A stretch of DNA of 20,109 bases from Gemmatimonadota bacterium (GCA_041617795.1 JBFJOD010000055.1:1-20109), one strand, 5' to 3'. Counted from the stretch's first letter, positions 8,451 through 16,438 are shown. A program made the numbers and translations. The notes: generated by a model not told the origin, from the letters alone.

Positions 8451-8507
8451 CGTCTCGTCGTGCAGCGTAGATGACGAGGCGAACAACCCCAGCGCCGGCC
8501 TCGACTC

Positions 8508-9644
8508 TCACTCGCCGTCGCCGTCGCCATCGTCTTTCGCCGGCAGCGTCTCCGCCGCGGCAGGCCCCTCCATCTCACGCCCAAAGGCCGTCAGTCCGCC
8601 CAACGCCCCAAGCCCCATCGTCTCAACCGCGGTCGAGGGGACGATGATCATCGAGCCCTTCTGCCTCAGCCCCTCGTAAACCATGTTCATCGCCCGCAGA
8701 TGAAGGGCGACCGGGTTATCGCGATAATGTTCGGAGGCGCGGGCGAACTTCTCGGCGATCTCGGTCTCGGCCGTGCCGAGGATGATGCGGCTCTGGCGCT
8801 CACGTTCAGCCTGCGCCTGCCGTGACATGGCATCTTCGAGACCTTTGGGGATGATGATGTCGCGGATCTCGACGGCGTGGGTCGTGACCCCCCAGCCGCT
8901 GGTCTTCTCGTCCAGCAACTGCTGAATTTCCTGACCCAGACGGTCGCGCTCCGAGAGCAGCACGGCCAGGTCGTTCTTGCCGATGCCGTTCCGCAGCGCC
9001 GTCTGCGCGGAGAGGATGACGGCATCCTGAAAACGCTCGACCTCGAGCACCGCCTTCTCGGCATCCCAGACCATCCAGAAGGCGATGGCGTCGACGTTCA
9101 CCGGAACGGTGTCAGCCGTTAGAGTCGTCTCGGCGCTGAAGTCAGTGACCCGGATCCGCTGGTCGACGAACTGGGCCACCTTGTCGATGATCGGAAAGAC
9201 CACGAACAGACCCGACGGCCTGAGCCCGCGAAACTTGCCGAAGCGAAGCACTACCGCCCGCTCCCATTGGTAGGCGATCTGCACCGAAGGTGCGACGAGT
9301 AGCGCGACGACCGCGGTGATGAGCAGCACCTCGCTCTCCGGTCGAAGCTGGAGAAAAATCGCCAACGCATCGGCCGTCCCCAAGATGACAACCGCTTCCC
9401 AGACCTGCGTCACCCTAATGAGGACCGCCAGTACCAACGCCGATCCCAAAGCCAGCTCGACGGCGATGACCGAGAAAGGGTGCAAGCTCAGGTGCACGAC
9501 GAGTCCGGCCACGTAGATGCCGACCAGCAGCAGCACGTTGATCGGCGCGAAGCGGAAGTCGGCACGGAGTGATGTCGCGAATCTCTCGAGCGAGATGCTA
9601 GGAAAGCCGCCTCTCGACTCGCCCTTCCGACTGAGCGCGCTCAT
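8508..9644 (-). CDS. SPFH/band-7 (stomatin/prohibitin-like) membrane protein with an unusual ~4-TM N-terminal domain and acidic DGDGDGE tail
   Basis: The motif ...RAVVLRFGKFRGLRPSGLFVVFPIIDKV...RIRVTDFSAETTLTADTVPVNVDAIAFWMVWDAEKAV... is the SPFH core. It is followed by the coiled-coil region QAQAERERQ. The N-terminus has four hydrophobic segments before the SPFH domain. The ATG at 9644 overlaps the upstream gene's stop as ATGA. Confidence 0.85.
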   Translation of the reverse strand: MSALSRKGESRGGFPSISLERFATSLRADFRFAPINVLLLVGIYVAGLVVHLSLHPFSVIAVELALGSALVLAVLIRVTQVWEAVVILGTADALAIFLQLRPESEVLLITAVVALLVAPSVQIAYQWERAVVLRFGKFRGLRPSGLFVVFPIIDKVAQFVDQRIRVTDFSAETTLTADTVPVNVDAIAFWMVWDAEKAVLEVERFQDAVILSAQTALRNGIGKNDLAVLLSERDRLGQEIQQLLDEKTSGWGVTTHAVEIRDIIIPKGLEDAMSRQAQAERERQSRIILGTAETEIAEKFARASEHYRDNPVALHLRAMNMVYEGLRQKGSMIIVPSTAVETMGLGALGGLTAFGREMEGPAAAETLPAKDDGDGDGE

Positions 9645-10018
9645 ACTGACTCCTCCCTCCGTTGGCGCAGGCCCTCGAGCACATCATCCAAGGTGAAGCC
9701 GTAACCCGAGGCGCGCGCCAATAACTCTGTCAGGATTTGATTGAGCATCCGCTGCCTCTCCAGCTCGTCGACCTCAGGCTGGCGCCGACCGACGAAGGTC
9801 CCCGACCCCTGCTGGGTGTCGAGGACCCCCTCGATCTCGAGCTCACGATAGGCGCGGATGACGGTGTTGGGGTTGATGGAAAGATCGACGGCCAGCTGCC
9901 TGACCGTTGGGAGCCGATCGCCGGGCGCCAGGTTGCCACGTGCGATGGCGAACTTGATCTGCTCGATGATCTGCCGGTAAAACGGCACCCCGCTTTTGGC
10001 GTCGATCAGGATTGGCAA
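9641..10018 (-). CDS. GntR-family transcriptional regulator, short YtrA-like subfamily (winged HTH plus short C-terminal helices)
   Basis: 125 aa. The motif ...GDRLPTVRQLAVDLSINPNTVIRAYRELEIEGVL... is the GntR HTH signature. The start is a TTG at 10016-10018 with AAGGA 9 nt upstream. The gene is translationally coupled to the SPFH gene. Confidence 0.8.
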   Translation of the reverse strand: MPILIDAKSGVPFYRQIIEQIKFAIARGNLAPGDRLPTVRQLAVDLSINPNTVIRAYRELEIEGVLDTQQGSGTFVGRRQPEVDELERQRMLNQILTELLARASGYGFTLDDVLEGLRQRREESV

Positions 10019-10052
10019 CGGTCAGATTCCTTACAGTTTTCCAAGGCCCTGT

Positions 10053-10089
10053 GCTCTAGTACTCTGGTGTTCTAGTCTTATAGTACAAT
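10053..10089. promoter_or_regulatory. AT-richer divergent promoter region with repeated TCTAGT(A/C) / TAGTAC motifs, including the palindrome AGTACT; candidate YtrA-type operator and -10-like TATAGT
   Basis: tcTAGTACTct (10055-10064), tTCTAGTCtt (10070-10079) and taTAGTACaa (10080-10089). It sits between the divergently transcribed GntR gene and the S9-hydrolase operon. Confidence 0.3.
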
Positions 10090-10238
10090 TCGCCCCGCGG
10101 TCTGTCAACGACCGCGCTAACCAACCGGGTCATGGCGATTGAGGCGGACCTCGAGAGGAGTTCGGGCATCTTGCCCCGAGCGCTTAGCGGTCAGACCTTC
10201 TGATTACGCTTCCAGTATCGCCGGCAGTGTCTTTACCG

Positions 10239-11339
10239 ATGGAGGGAATGATGCGTGCACGACGTGTGCTCACGACCCTGGCTGCCTTGGCCGCGCTCCT
10301 CCCCGCCCCGTTCGCCATAGCCCAGACGACCGACCCGCAAGACGAGAAGCCGACCGACAGATTGCTCGAGGCGCACGAGAACTTGCGCCACCGCATCGAC
10401 GTTTTGGAGAAGCTGATCGATGATGTGCTCTGGTACGAGCGTGTCGGAGACGTGGCCATCGTCGAGAAGGTGCGGATCTACGGGCCACCGCTGGCCAACG
10501 AGCCCGACCCACCGCCCAGCGGCGCGGGCAACCCGTTCAAGTTCTATACATACGTGTTTACACCGCGCGAAGACTTCGGCGGCCGCAAGCTGCCGCTGCT
10601 GGTGCTGCCGCACGGCGGCGTGCACGCCGATTTCACGACGTACTACAGCCGCATCGTCCGGGAGTTGATCGCTCAAGGCTACATCGTCGTGGCGCCGGAC
10701 TACCGCGGCTCTACCGGCTACGGTCGCGGGATGTACCGCGCCATCGACTACGGTGGTGAAGAGGTCGGCGATGTGTTGGCGGCCCGCGATTGGGTCGCGA
10801 ACCACCATCCCCGCGTCGACGCCGATCGCGTCGGCATCCTCGGCTGGAGCCACGGCGGCCTGATCGCGCTGCACAGCCTGTTCGATCACCCGGACAAATA
10901 CGCCGTCGGCTTCGCCGGTGTGCCAGTCTCCGATCTGGTGCAGCGCATGGGCTACCTTGGCCCGCGCTATCAGGCCTACTACGATGTCGATTACCACATC
11001 GGCGAGACGCCGGCAGAGAACTTGGAAGAGTACAAGCGCCGCTCGCCGGTTTGGAACGTCGAGAAGCTGACGCGGCCCCTGCGCATCCACGGCAACATCT
11101 CGGACGAGGACGTCAACGTCATCGAGGTCGAGCACCTGGTCCAGGCGCTCAAGGCTGAAGGCAAGACTTTCGAGTACGAGATCTACGATCTGCCCGGCGG
11201 TCACAGCTTCGACCGGCTCGATTCGCCGGAGGCCTGGCGCGTGCGCCCGCTGATCTACCAGTTTCTGGCGCGGTATCTGAACCCGCCGCGGCCGAATGTC
11301 GAGTTGGGGCTGCGGGCGAACGGCCGGGCCGCGCCATAA
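10239..11339 (+). CDS. Secreted alpha/beta hydrolase, S9 peptidase catalytic-domain type (Ser in GWSHGG, Asp in ISDEDVNV, His in GGHSF)
   Basis: The ORF-track start is a GTG at 10227. The first ATG is at 10239 (MEGMMRARRVLTTLAALAALLPAPFAIAQ, a signal peptide), with GGAGGGA at 10241-10247 and further in-frame ATGs at 10248 and 10251. DYRGSTGYG, GWSHGG and the catalytic triad spacing are typical of S9 family C-terminal domains. The stop TAA is at 11337-11339. Confidence 0.85.
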   Translation: MEGMMRARRVLTTLAALAALLPAPFAIAQTTDPQDEKPTDRLLEAHENLRHRIDVLEKLIDDVLWYERVGDVAIVEKVRIYGPPLANEPDPPPSGAGNPFKFYTYVFTPREDFGGRKLPLLVLPHGGVHADFTTYYSRIVRELIAQGYIVVAPDYRGSTGYGRGMYRAIDYGGEEVGDVLAARDWVANHHPRVDADRVGILGWSHGGLIALHSLFDHPDKYAVGFAGVPVSDLVQRMGYLGPRYQAYYDVDYHIGETPAENLEEYKRRSPVWNVEKLTRPLRIHGNISDEDVNVIEVEHLVQALKAEGKTFEYEIYDLPGGHSFDRLDSPEAWRVRPLIYQFLARYLNPPRPNVELGLRANGRAAP

Positions 11340-11354
11340 GGGCAGGCCAACGCT

Positions 11355-12110
11355 ATGCGCGGCGTCTCGTTGCTGAGCCGCTGCGGCACGGATAGCTTGG
11401 GCGGCACTATGCCTAATCTCGGTGAAGGGCTGGTCTACTACGCGGTGTTCCTGCTGTCGACGACACTGCACGAGGCGGCGCACGCCTGGGCGGCGAAGCG
11501 GGGCGGCGACCTGACCGCCTATCACGGCGGCCAGGTGTCCATCGATCCCCGGCCGCACATCCGCCGCGAGCCGTTCGGCATGGTGTTGCTGCCGATCATC
11601 TCGGTGCTGATCTCGGGCTGGCCGTTCGGGTTCGCCAGCGCGCCCTATGACGCCAATTGGGCGCGGCGCTACCCGCGACGCGCGGCGTGGATGGCGTTGG
11701 CAGGGCCAGGGGCCAACCTGGCGCTCATTATTATAGCGGCGATCCTCATCAACATCGGGGTGGCGCTGAACGTCTTCTATTCTCCGGAGAGCATCTCGTT
11801 CGGTCACGTAACGGCGGCGCAGGCCGGTGGCTTCCTAGACTCAGTAGCACTGCTTCTCGGCGTCTTCTTCTCGCTCAACCTCGTTCTATTCATCCTCAAC
11901 ATGCTGCCGTTTCCGCCGCTGGACGGGAGCGGCGCGCTACCGCTGCTGCTGTCGCCGGAAGCGACGCGGCGTTATCAAGATTTCATCTGGAGACAGGGCG
12001 CGCTGGGCTGGATCGGGATCATCATCGCCTGGCAGGTGTTCGACTACCTGTTCAATCCCGTTTTCTTGATGGCGGTCAACCTGCTCTATCCCGGCGTATC
12101 GTATCAATAA
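11355..12110 (+). CDS. M50 family metalloprotease (site-2 protease family), polytopic membrane protein with HEAAH and LDG motifs
   Basis: TLHEAAHAW is the HExxH motif in TM1. NMLPFPPLDGSGAL is the conserved LDG motif. It lies 15 nt downstream of the hydrolase stop. The alternative start ATG at 11409 (MPNLGEGLVYYAVFLL...) fits the family's N-terminus better. Confidence 0.85.
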   Translation: MRGVSLLSRCGTDSLGGTMPNLGEGLVYYAVFLLSTTLHEAAHAWAAKRGGDLTAYHGGQVSIDPRPHIRREPFGMVLLPIISVLISGWPFGFASAPYDANWARRYPRRAAWMALAGPGANLALIIIAAILINIGVALNVFYSPESISFGHVTAAQAGGFLDSVALLLGVFFSLNLVLFILNMLPFPPLDGSGALPLLLSPEATRRYQDFIWRQGALGWIGIIIAWQVFDYLFNPVFLMAVNLLYPGVSYQ

Positions 12111-12140
12111 CAACCGACCCGTTTCGCAAGGAGGACCATC

Positions 12141-12731
12141 ATGAGTGCTCGACTTTCTCTACCCACCACATTCTTGCTGGCTGGTCTCGCACTGTGGGCG
12201 GCGCCGGCCGCCGCACAGGAAGGCGACATGGCCGCGATGATGGAAGCGTGGCAGAAGGCGGGCCAGCCGGGGATGCACCATCAGCACCTGGCCGTGCTGG
12301 TCGGGACCTGGGAGGTGGAGACCAAGTTCTGGATGCAGCCGGGGGCGGAACCGCTGATTTCGCCAGCCACCGCGAAGTACGAGATGATCATGAACGGCCG
12401 CTTCCTGGAAGAAACGATCAGCTCTGAGTTCATGGGACAGCCGTTCCGCGGCCGCGGGCTGTACGGCTTCAACAACGTGACCGGCGAACTGCAGGCGATG
12501 TGGATCGACGACACGGCCACTGGGATCTATTCGTACAGCGGCTCGATCAACGAGGCCGGGGACCAGATTACGTTGAAGGGCAAGTACATGGACCCCGTTA
12601 CGAAGGTGTGGACGCAAACGCGGTCCGTGATGCGCATTTCCAAAGACAAGATTCACTACGAGAACTTCGAGATCTCCGATGGCCAGGAACGGAAGACGAT
12701 GGAGATCACTGGCAAGCGGAAGACGTCCTAA
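12141..12731 (+). CDS. Secreted DUF1579-like protein (tentative family assignment), unknown function
   Basis: A strong RBS AAGGAGGA sits 5 nt upstream of the ATG. The signal peptide is MSARLSLPTTFLLAGLALWAAPAAAQ. The motif GTWEVETKF...NGRFLEET...G...IDDTATG...KDKIHYENFE resembles the DUF1579 pattern. The stop TAA overlaps the convergent gene's stop. Confidence 0.7.
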   Translation: MSARLSLPTTFLLAGLALWAAPAAAQEGDMAAMMEAWQKAGQPGMHHQHLAVLVGTWEVETKFWMQPGAEPLISPATAKYEMIMNGRFLEETISSEFMGQPFRGRGLYGFNNVTGELQAMWIDDTATGIYSYSGSINEAGDQITLKGKYMDPVTKVWTQTRSVMRISKDKIHYENFEISDGQERKTMEITGKRKTS

Positions 12732-14254
12732 GGGCGCTTGAACTGCAGGGGCGGCAGCGTGACGCGTTCCGGCAAGTCGCTGTCGCCGCGCAAGAATGCC
12801 AGCATCGTCTCGAGGATGATCGGCGATGCAAGAAACAGATCGTCATCGTGTGAGCCGCCCTCGATCAACAGGTGATGGCTGTTGGGAAAGCCACGGCGCA
12901 CTTCCTCCGCGTTGCTGGCTGGCGTGCGGATGTCGAGCGTTCCGCTGATAAACAGGACCGGCGCCTCGGAGAAAACGGGGCCGCGGAACGCGTCGCCAAG
13001 ATCTTCATGCGGCCAGGCCGCGCACTGCACTCGAGTGAAGAGAGTGCCGGCGTTGCCGAGTATCGCGGTTTTCGCCTGCTCTTCGATCAAGGCCAGTCGC
13101 GCGGCGGTCGCGCCCGAGGCACAATCCATGGCCAACGACATGGCCAGCTCGCGATTGCCGAGCCGGCCGCGCGCCACCAGCCCGGCGATCTGCGAGAAAT
13201 CGCCCTCGAGGATCGGGAGGGCCCGCTTCGGCAGTTCCACGATATCTACCCGTTCGCCTAGCTCGCCGAAGACGCCGCGGCGCAGGTCATCGGCACCGAT
13301 GACAACCGTCAACGGTTCACCCGTCTCCGGGTTCTCGATCTCGACCCGTGCAGGTTCACTCTCCAGTTGGACGAGCGTGCTACGCAGCGACCCGACGAAA
13401 TCGGGCAGAACCCGACTCAACTTCGCGTCCGCCTTCATCGCGCTGTCCACCTGCAGCAGGATGCGATCCAGGTTGGCCGGGAGCTTGTAGGTGTGGTCCG
13501 GCCCTTCGACGCCCGCCAAAATCGCTGATGCTACCCGATCCGGATACTGCCGGATATAAGCCAAGGCCAAGTGGGTTCCGTAACTGATCCCCCAGAGAAC
13601 GAGCTGGTCGGCACCGAGTGCTGCCCGCAGGTCATCGAGATCGTGAGCGCTCTCCCGCGTGTTGAAAGCGTTGACGTCCAGCGAATCGGACCAATGGGTG
13701 TAGCATTCTTTCAGAAACGGCTGCAGGCTTCGCGCGAGCACCGCGGAATCGGTGGGTTGATCCAGCGGATAATCCCAACTGCCCGGACAGAGCAGGTAAG
13801 GATCGCTGAAGTACACACCCCGCTGGTCCAGGGCGATGACGTCGCCAGCTGCGCGCAGCTTCTGAAACAGGTTCCAGCGATCGCCGGAGGCGGACCAGCT
13901 GCCCGAGCCGCCGGGTCCACCGGCCAGGTAGACGATGGGTGGGCCGGGTTTGTCGCTGGTGCTGGGGAAGCGGACGAAGTGGATCTCGACGGAATCGGCG
14001 CTGGGTGCCTCGTGCCGGAGCGGTACCCGCAACCGCCCTTCGTCGGCATCGATCTTTTTGGGACCCGGAATCAGCCAGTAGTCCGTCTGAGCGAAGACGA
14101 TCGGAGTGAGGCTGAGTGGACCGCGCACCGACGGTGGGCCCTTGGCCTCGCCGATCGGATTGTCCACACCGCCGCAGGCTGTGAGCGTGGCCGCAGTGAC
14201 CACGAGGGATGACCAGGCTTGGATGAATGACGTGTAGCCGCGAATTGGGCGCAT
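12728..14254 (-). CDS. Lipoprotein alpha/beta hydrolase, S33/TAP-like (tripeptidyl- or prolyl-aminopeptidase-like) with GISYG nucleophile elbow
   Basis: 508 aa from the first ATG at 14254 (the ORF-track codon at 14257 is GTG). The lipobox is LTACGG. Other motifs are ...VYLAGGPGGSGS..., ...LVLWGISYGTHLALAY... and the C-terminal ...SGTLDIRTP...EGGSHDDD, consistent with the TAP-like C-terminal region. Confidence 0.8.
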   Translation of the reverse strand: MRPIRGYTSFIQAWSSLVVTAATLTACGGVDNPIGEAKGPPSVRGPLSLTPIVFAQTDYWLIPGPKKIDADEGRLRVPLRHEAPSADSVEIHFVRFPSTSDKPGPPIVYLAGGPGGSGSWSASGDRWNLFQKLRAAGDVIALDQRGVYFSDPYLLCPGSWDYPLDQPTDSAVLARSLQPFLKECYTHWSDSLDVNAFNTRESAHDLDDLRAALGADQLVLWGISYGTHLALAYIRQYPDRVASAILAGVEGPDHTYKLPANLDRILLQVDSAMKADAKLSRVLPDFVGSLRSTLVQLESEPARVEIENPETGEPLTVVIGADDLRRGVFGELGERVDIVELPKRALPILEGDFSQIAGLVARGRLGNRELAMSLAMDCASGATAARLALIEEQAKTAILGNAGTLFTRVQCAAWPHEDLGDAFRGPVFSEAPVLFISGTLDIRTPASNAEEVRRGFPNSHHLLIEGGSHDDDLFLASPIILETMLAFLRGDSDLPERVTLPPLQFKRP

Positions 14255-14334
14255 CACTCCTCACGGGTTGATGGATTTCTCCCCCTTACGGGCTAAGCAG
14301 CAGATGGGTTTCGGGAGCAATCACCAACCGTACA

Positions 14335-15273
14335 CTACGAGTCAGCGAGCGGCGGTAGCGCTGCCTCGATCTGCATCCGCCGCGGCTCCAACCACGGCGG
14401 CAGGATGAGCTGTTCGCCGAGACTCTCGATGTCCTCGTCGATGTCGAAGCCGGGCCCGTCCGTGGCGATCTCGAACAACACGCCACCGGGCTCCTGAAAG
14501 TAGACGGACTTGAACCAGAAGCGGTCGATCACCGGCGTCGGCTGGCGGCCACTCTCGATCAGGGCGTTGCGGACCTCCAGCTGCGCCGCCTCGTCGCTGA
14601 CACGCCAAGCCACGTGGTGGACGCTGCCGCGACCCCAACCACCGCGGCGCACGCCCGGCGCCTCCTGCACATCCACAAGCGTCCCCGATCCGCCGGCCGC
14701 ACAAGCGAAGCGATGCCAGCCCTCATCGTCGCCCCGGGCCGTGAACTCCAGCGCTTCCGTCAGGAACGACGCGGTCTTCGGTCGATCGGCTTCCCAGAGG
14801 CGCACCGCATGAATCCCGCGGATCTGTGCCGCCTCCTCCACCGGGCTCGCCTCCCAGGCCGCGAACTCGCGGGCATCCGCTGTTTCGACCAGCGTCAACT
14901 CCAAGCCGTGCGGGTCGGTCAACGGCAACGTCCGCTCGCCGAAGCGCTCTACCAGCTCGCCGGTCGCCACGCCTTCACGCGCCAGTCGCTCCGACCAGAA
15001 CCCGAGCGTGTCGAGTGGAACGGCCAGCGACACCTCCGTCGTCAGCCCAACGCCTTTGCGCCCCGGACCGAGATGGATCCAGGGAAAGAAGGTGACATCG
15101 CTACCCGGGTGACCCGCAGCGTCGGCATAGAAGAGGTGATAAGTCCCGGGATCGTCCTGATTGACGCTCTTCTTCACCAACCGCATCCCCAAGATGCGCG
15201 TATAGAAGTCGAGGTTCTCCTGCGGGTCACCCGCAATCGAGGTGACGTGGTGAATTCCGTTCAACAATGTCAT
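14335..15273 (-). CDS. Two-domain VOC (glyoxalase/extradiol-type) ring-cleaving dioxygenase family protein
   Basis: The ATG is at 15273 (MTLLNGIHHVTSIAG..., where the GIHHVT N-terminus is typical of this family). The second VOC repeat is ...SVHHVAWRVSD...FEIATDGPGF. The ORF-track extension starts at a GTG (15306) that overlaps the upstream gene. Confidence 0.8.
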   Translation of the reverse strand: MTLLNGIHHVTSIAGDPQENLDFYTRILGMRLVKKSVNQDDPGTYHLFYADAAGHPGSDVTFFPWIHLGPGRKGVGLTTEVSLAVPLDTLGFWSERLAREGVATGELVERFGERTLPLTDPHGLELTLVETADAREFAAWEASPVEEAAQIRGIHAVRLWEADRPKTASFLTEALEFTARGDDEGWHRFACAAGGSGTLVDVQEAPGVRRGGWGRGSVHHVAWRVSDEAAQLEVRNALIESGRQPTPVIDRFWFKSVYFQEPGGVLFEIATDGPGFDIDEDIESLGEQLILPPWLEPRRMQIEAALPPLADS

Positions 15274-15295
15274 AGTTATAAAGGGAGCGGCTGAC

Positions 15296-15772
15296 TCAGC
15301 TGCCACCGCCGCTCGGCGAGTCTCCGCAGTTCCAGGCGATGAATTGCCAGCGTCCGCCCTCTTTGATCAAGATGTCGGTGCAACGGCCATGCACGGTGCG
15401 GCGCTCGCCCTTCATGTTCTCCGTACCCTGCGAGTAGTAGTAGTGAGCTACTGCGGTGTTCCCCTGCACGACGATCCCGGCCGGACTGAAATCGTCGACG
15501 AGCGTCGTCGAATTCTCGAAATCAAAGCGATCCCACTTCTTGAGTTGTGCCCGCGTCCTCGGCATCGGGTTCTGATCGCTCCAGACTACGGCGTTGGGGT
15601 GAACCCACTTGTCCGACCACTCGACGTCCTCGGCCCGGATCGCTTCCCACGATTCGACAACCACCTTCCAGACTTCCTGTTGCTGCGGGGACCACGACTG
15701 AGCTTGAGCCGCTAACGGCACGATAAGAACCGCGGCGATGGCGGCGGCGCTGAACGAGACAGGCTTGTACAT
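15296..15772 (-). CDS. Secreted NTF2-like/SnoaL-like (DUF4440-type) small protein
   Basis: The internal ATG at 15772 has GGGAGA 7 nt upstream. The signal peptide is MYKPVSFSAAAIAAVLIVPLAAQAQ. The Trp-rich ~130-aa body ending ...GERRTVHGRCTDILIKEGGRWQFIAWNCG is typical of the NTF2-like fold. The stop is 22 nt before the VOC start. Confidence 0.65.
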   Translation of the reverse strand: MYKPVSFSAAAIAAVLIVPLAAQAQSWSPQQQEVWKVVVESWEAIRAEDVEWSDKWVHPNAVVWSDQNPMPRTRAQLKKWDRFDFENSTTLVDDFSPAGIVVQGNTAVAHYYYSQGTENMKGERRTVHGRCTDILIKEGGRWQFIAWNCGDSPSGGGS

Positions 15773-16196
15773 GGCTAGGTCTCCCGGTGAAGGAGTTGGA
15801 TATCGCACGAAATACGCCGAATATAGCGACCCGGCTCCGAGGCTCCTAGCGCATCCGCGGGATGCTGAGCGTCGAACGGCAAGGCTCTAATCAGCAACAG
15901 CGGCGGAGCTATGCGCACAACCGGATCTGCACGACGGCCGCCGATCGCCAGCGCTTTGAGGCACTTCCGGCAAACTGGGTGAGGGGCCCGAGCGGCCGCC
16001 AAAAGCGAAGTCCTTGTCGATGTCGGCGCTGACGTGCTACTATTGCGAAGGATTCCTGTCAAAGCCGTCAATTGAGACAGTTGCTGGGCAAAGGGAAGCT
16101 GCCGACATCGACCTCGTCGGCTGCAGGATAGCTTACAAACCGCGACCCGCGGCGGCCCCAAAGGGACTTTGCTACCAGGCTAAGGAGGTCCAGCCG

Positions 16197-16388
16197 ATGT
16201 GGTATGAGTACAAGAAGAGCGTGGCTCCGATCTACCAGGACGAGACCTACCGTCGGATGTTCGCCACCGCCTCTGGCGCACGTCACCGGAAGGGCAAAGG
16301 CGAAGACGGCGACGAGAAGTCCTGGTTTGCGCGGCTGGCCGAGCGTCTAGCCGGGCGGAGCGAGGAGCCCCAGGAACCCACCCACTGA
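16197..16388 (+). CDS. Small basic hypothetical protein (63 aa)
   Basis: The ATG has a strong AAGGAGG 8 nt upstream. The ORF MWYEYKKSVAPIYQDETYRRMFATASGARHRKGKGEDGDEKSWFARLAERLAGRSEEPQEPTH ends at TGA 16386-16388. The longer ORF-track version from 16014 lacks an RBS and lies in lower-GC, non-coding-looking sequence. Confidence 0.4.
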   Translation: MWYEYKKSVAPIYQDETYRRMFATASGARHRKGKGEDGDEKSWFARLAERLAGRSEEPQEPTH

Positions 16389-16401
16389 AGGCTGCGACAC
16401 C

Positions 16402-16425
16402 GCCTGGCCTCTAATGGGGCCAGGC
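16402..16425. terminator. Hairpin between convergent genes (small ORF and the 283-aa protein); candidate bidirectional terminator
   Basis: GCCTGGCC (16402-16409) / 8-nt loop tctaatgg / GGCCAGGC (16418-16425). On the plus strand it is followed by CCGTCGTTCTACTCT. Confidence 0.4.
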
Positions 16426-16438
16426 CCGTCGTTCTACT

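Noticed and set aside
8187-8474. Plus-strand ORF with an HLHLHLHL repeat
   Set aside because: It is a translation artefact of the CTTCAT microsatellite in a non-coding spacer, with no start context.
10096-10116. Small hairpin CGCGGTC-7nt-GACCGCG in the 5' region of the hydrolase operon
   Set aside because: It is only 7 bp and GC content makes such stems frequent by chance. It is kept as a note, not a feature.
10233-11807. 524-aa minus-strand ORF spanning the hydrolase and M50 genes
   Set aside because: It is antisense to two well-supported plus-strand genes with clear family motifs. The product is Arg/Ala/Pro-rich low-complexity sequence typical of high-GC shadow ORFs.
16014-16196. 5' extension of the small ORF (MSMSALTCYYCEG...)
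   Set aside because: It has no RBS and sits in a lower-GC region with atypical codon usage. A near-consensus SD sits immediately before the internal ATG at 16197.
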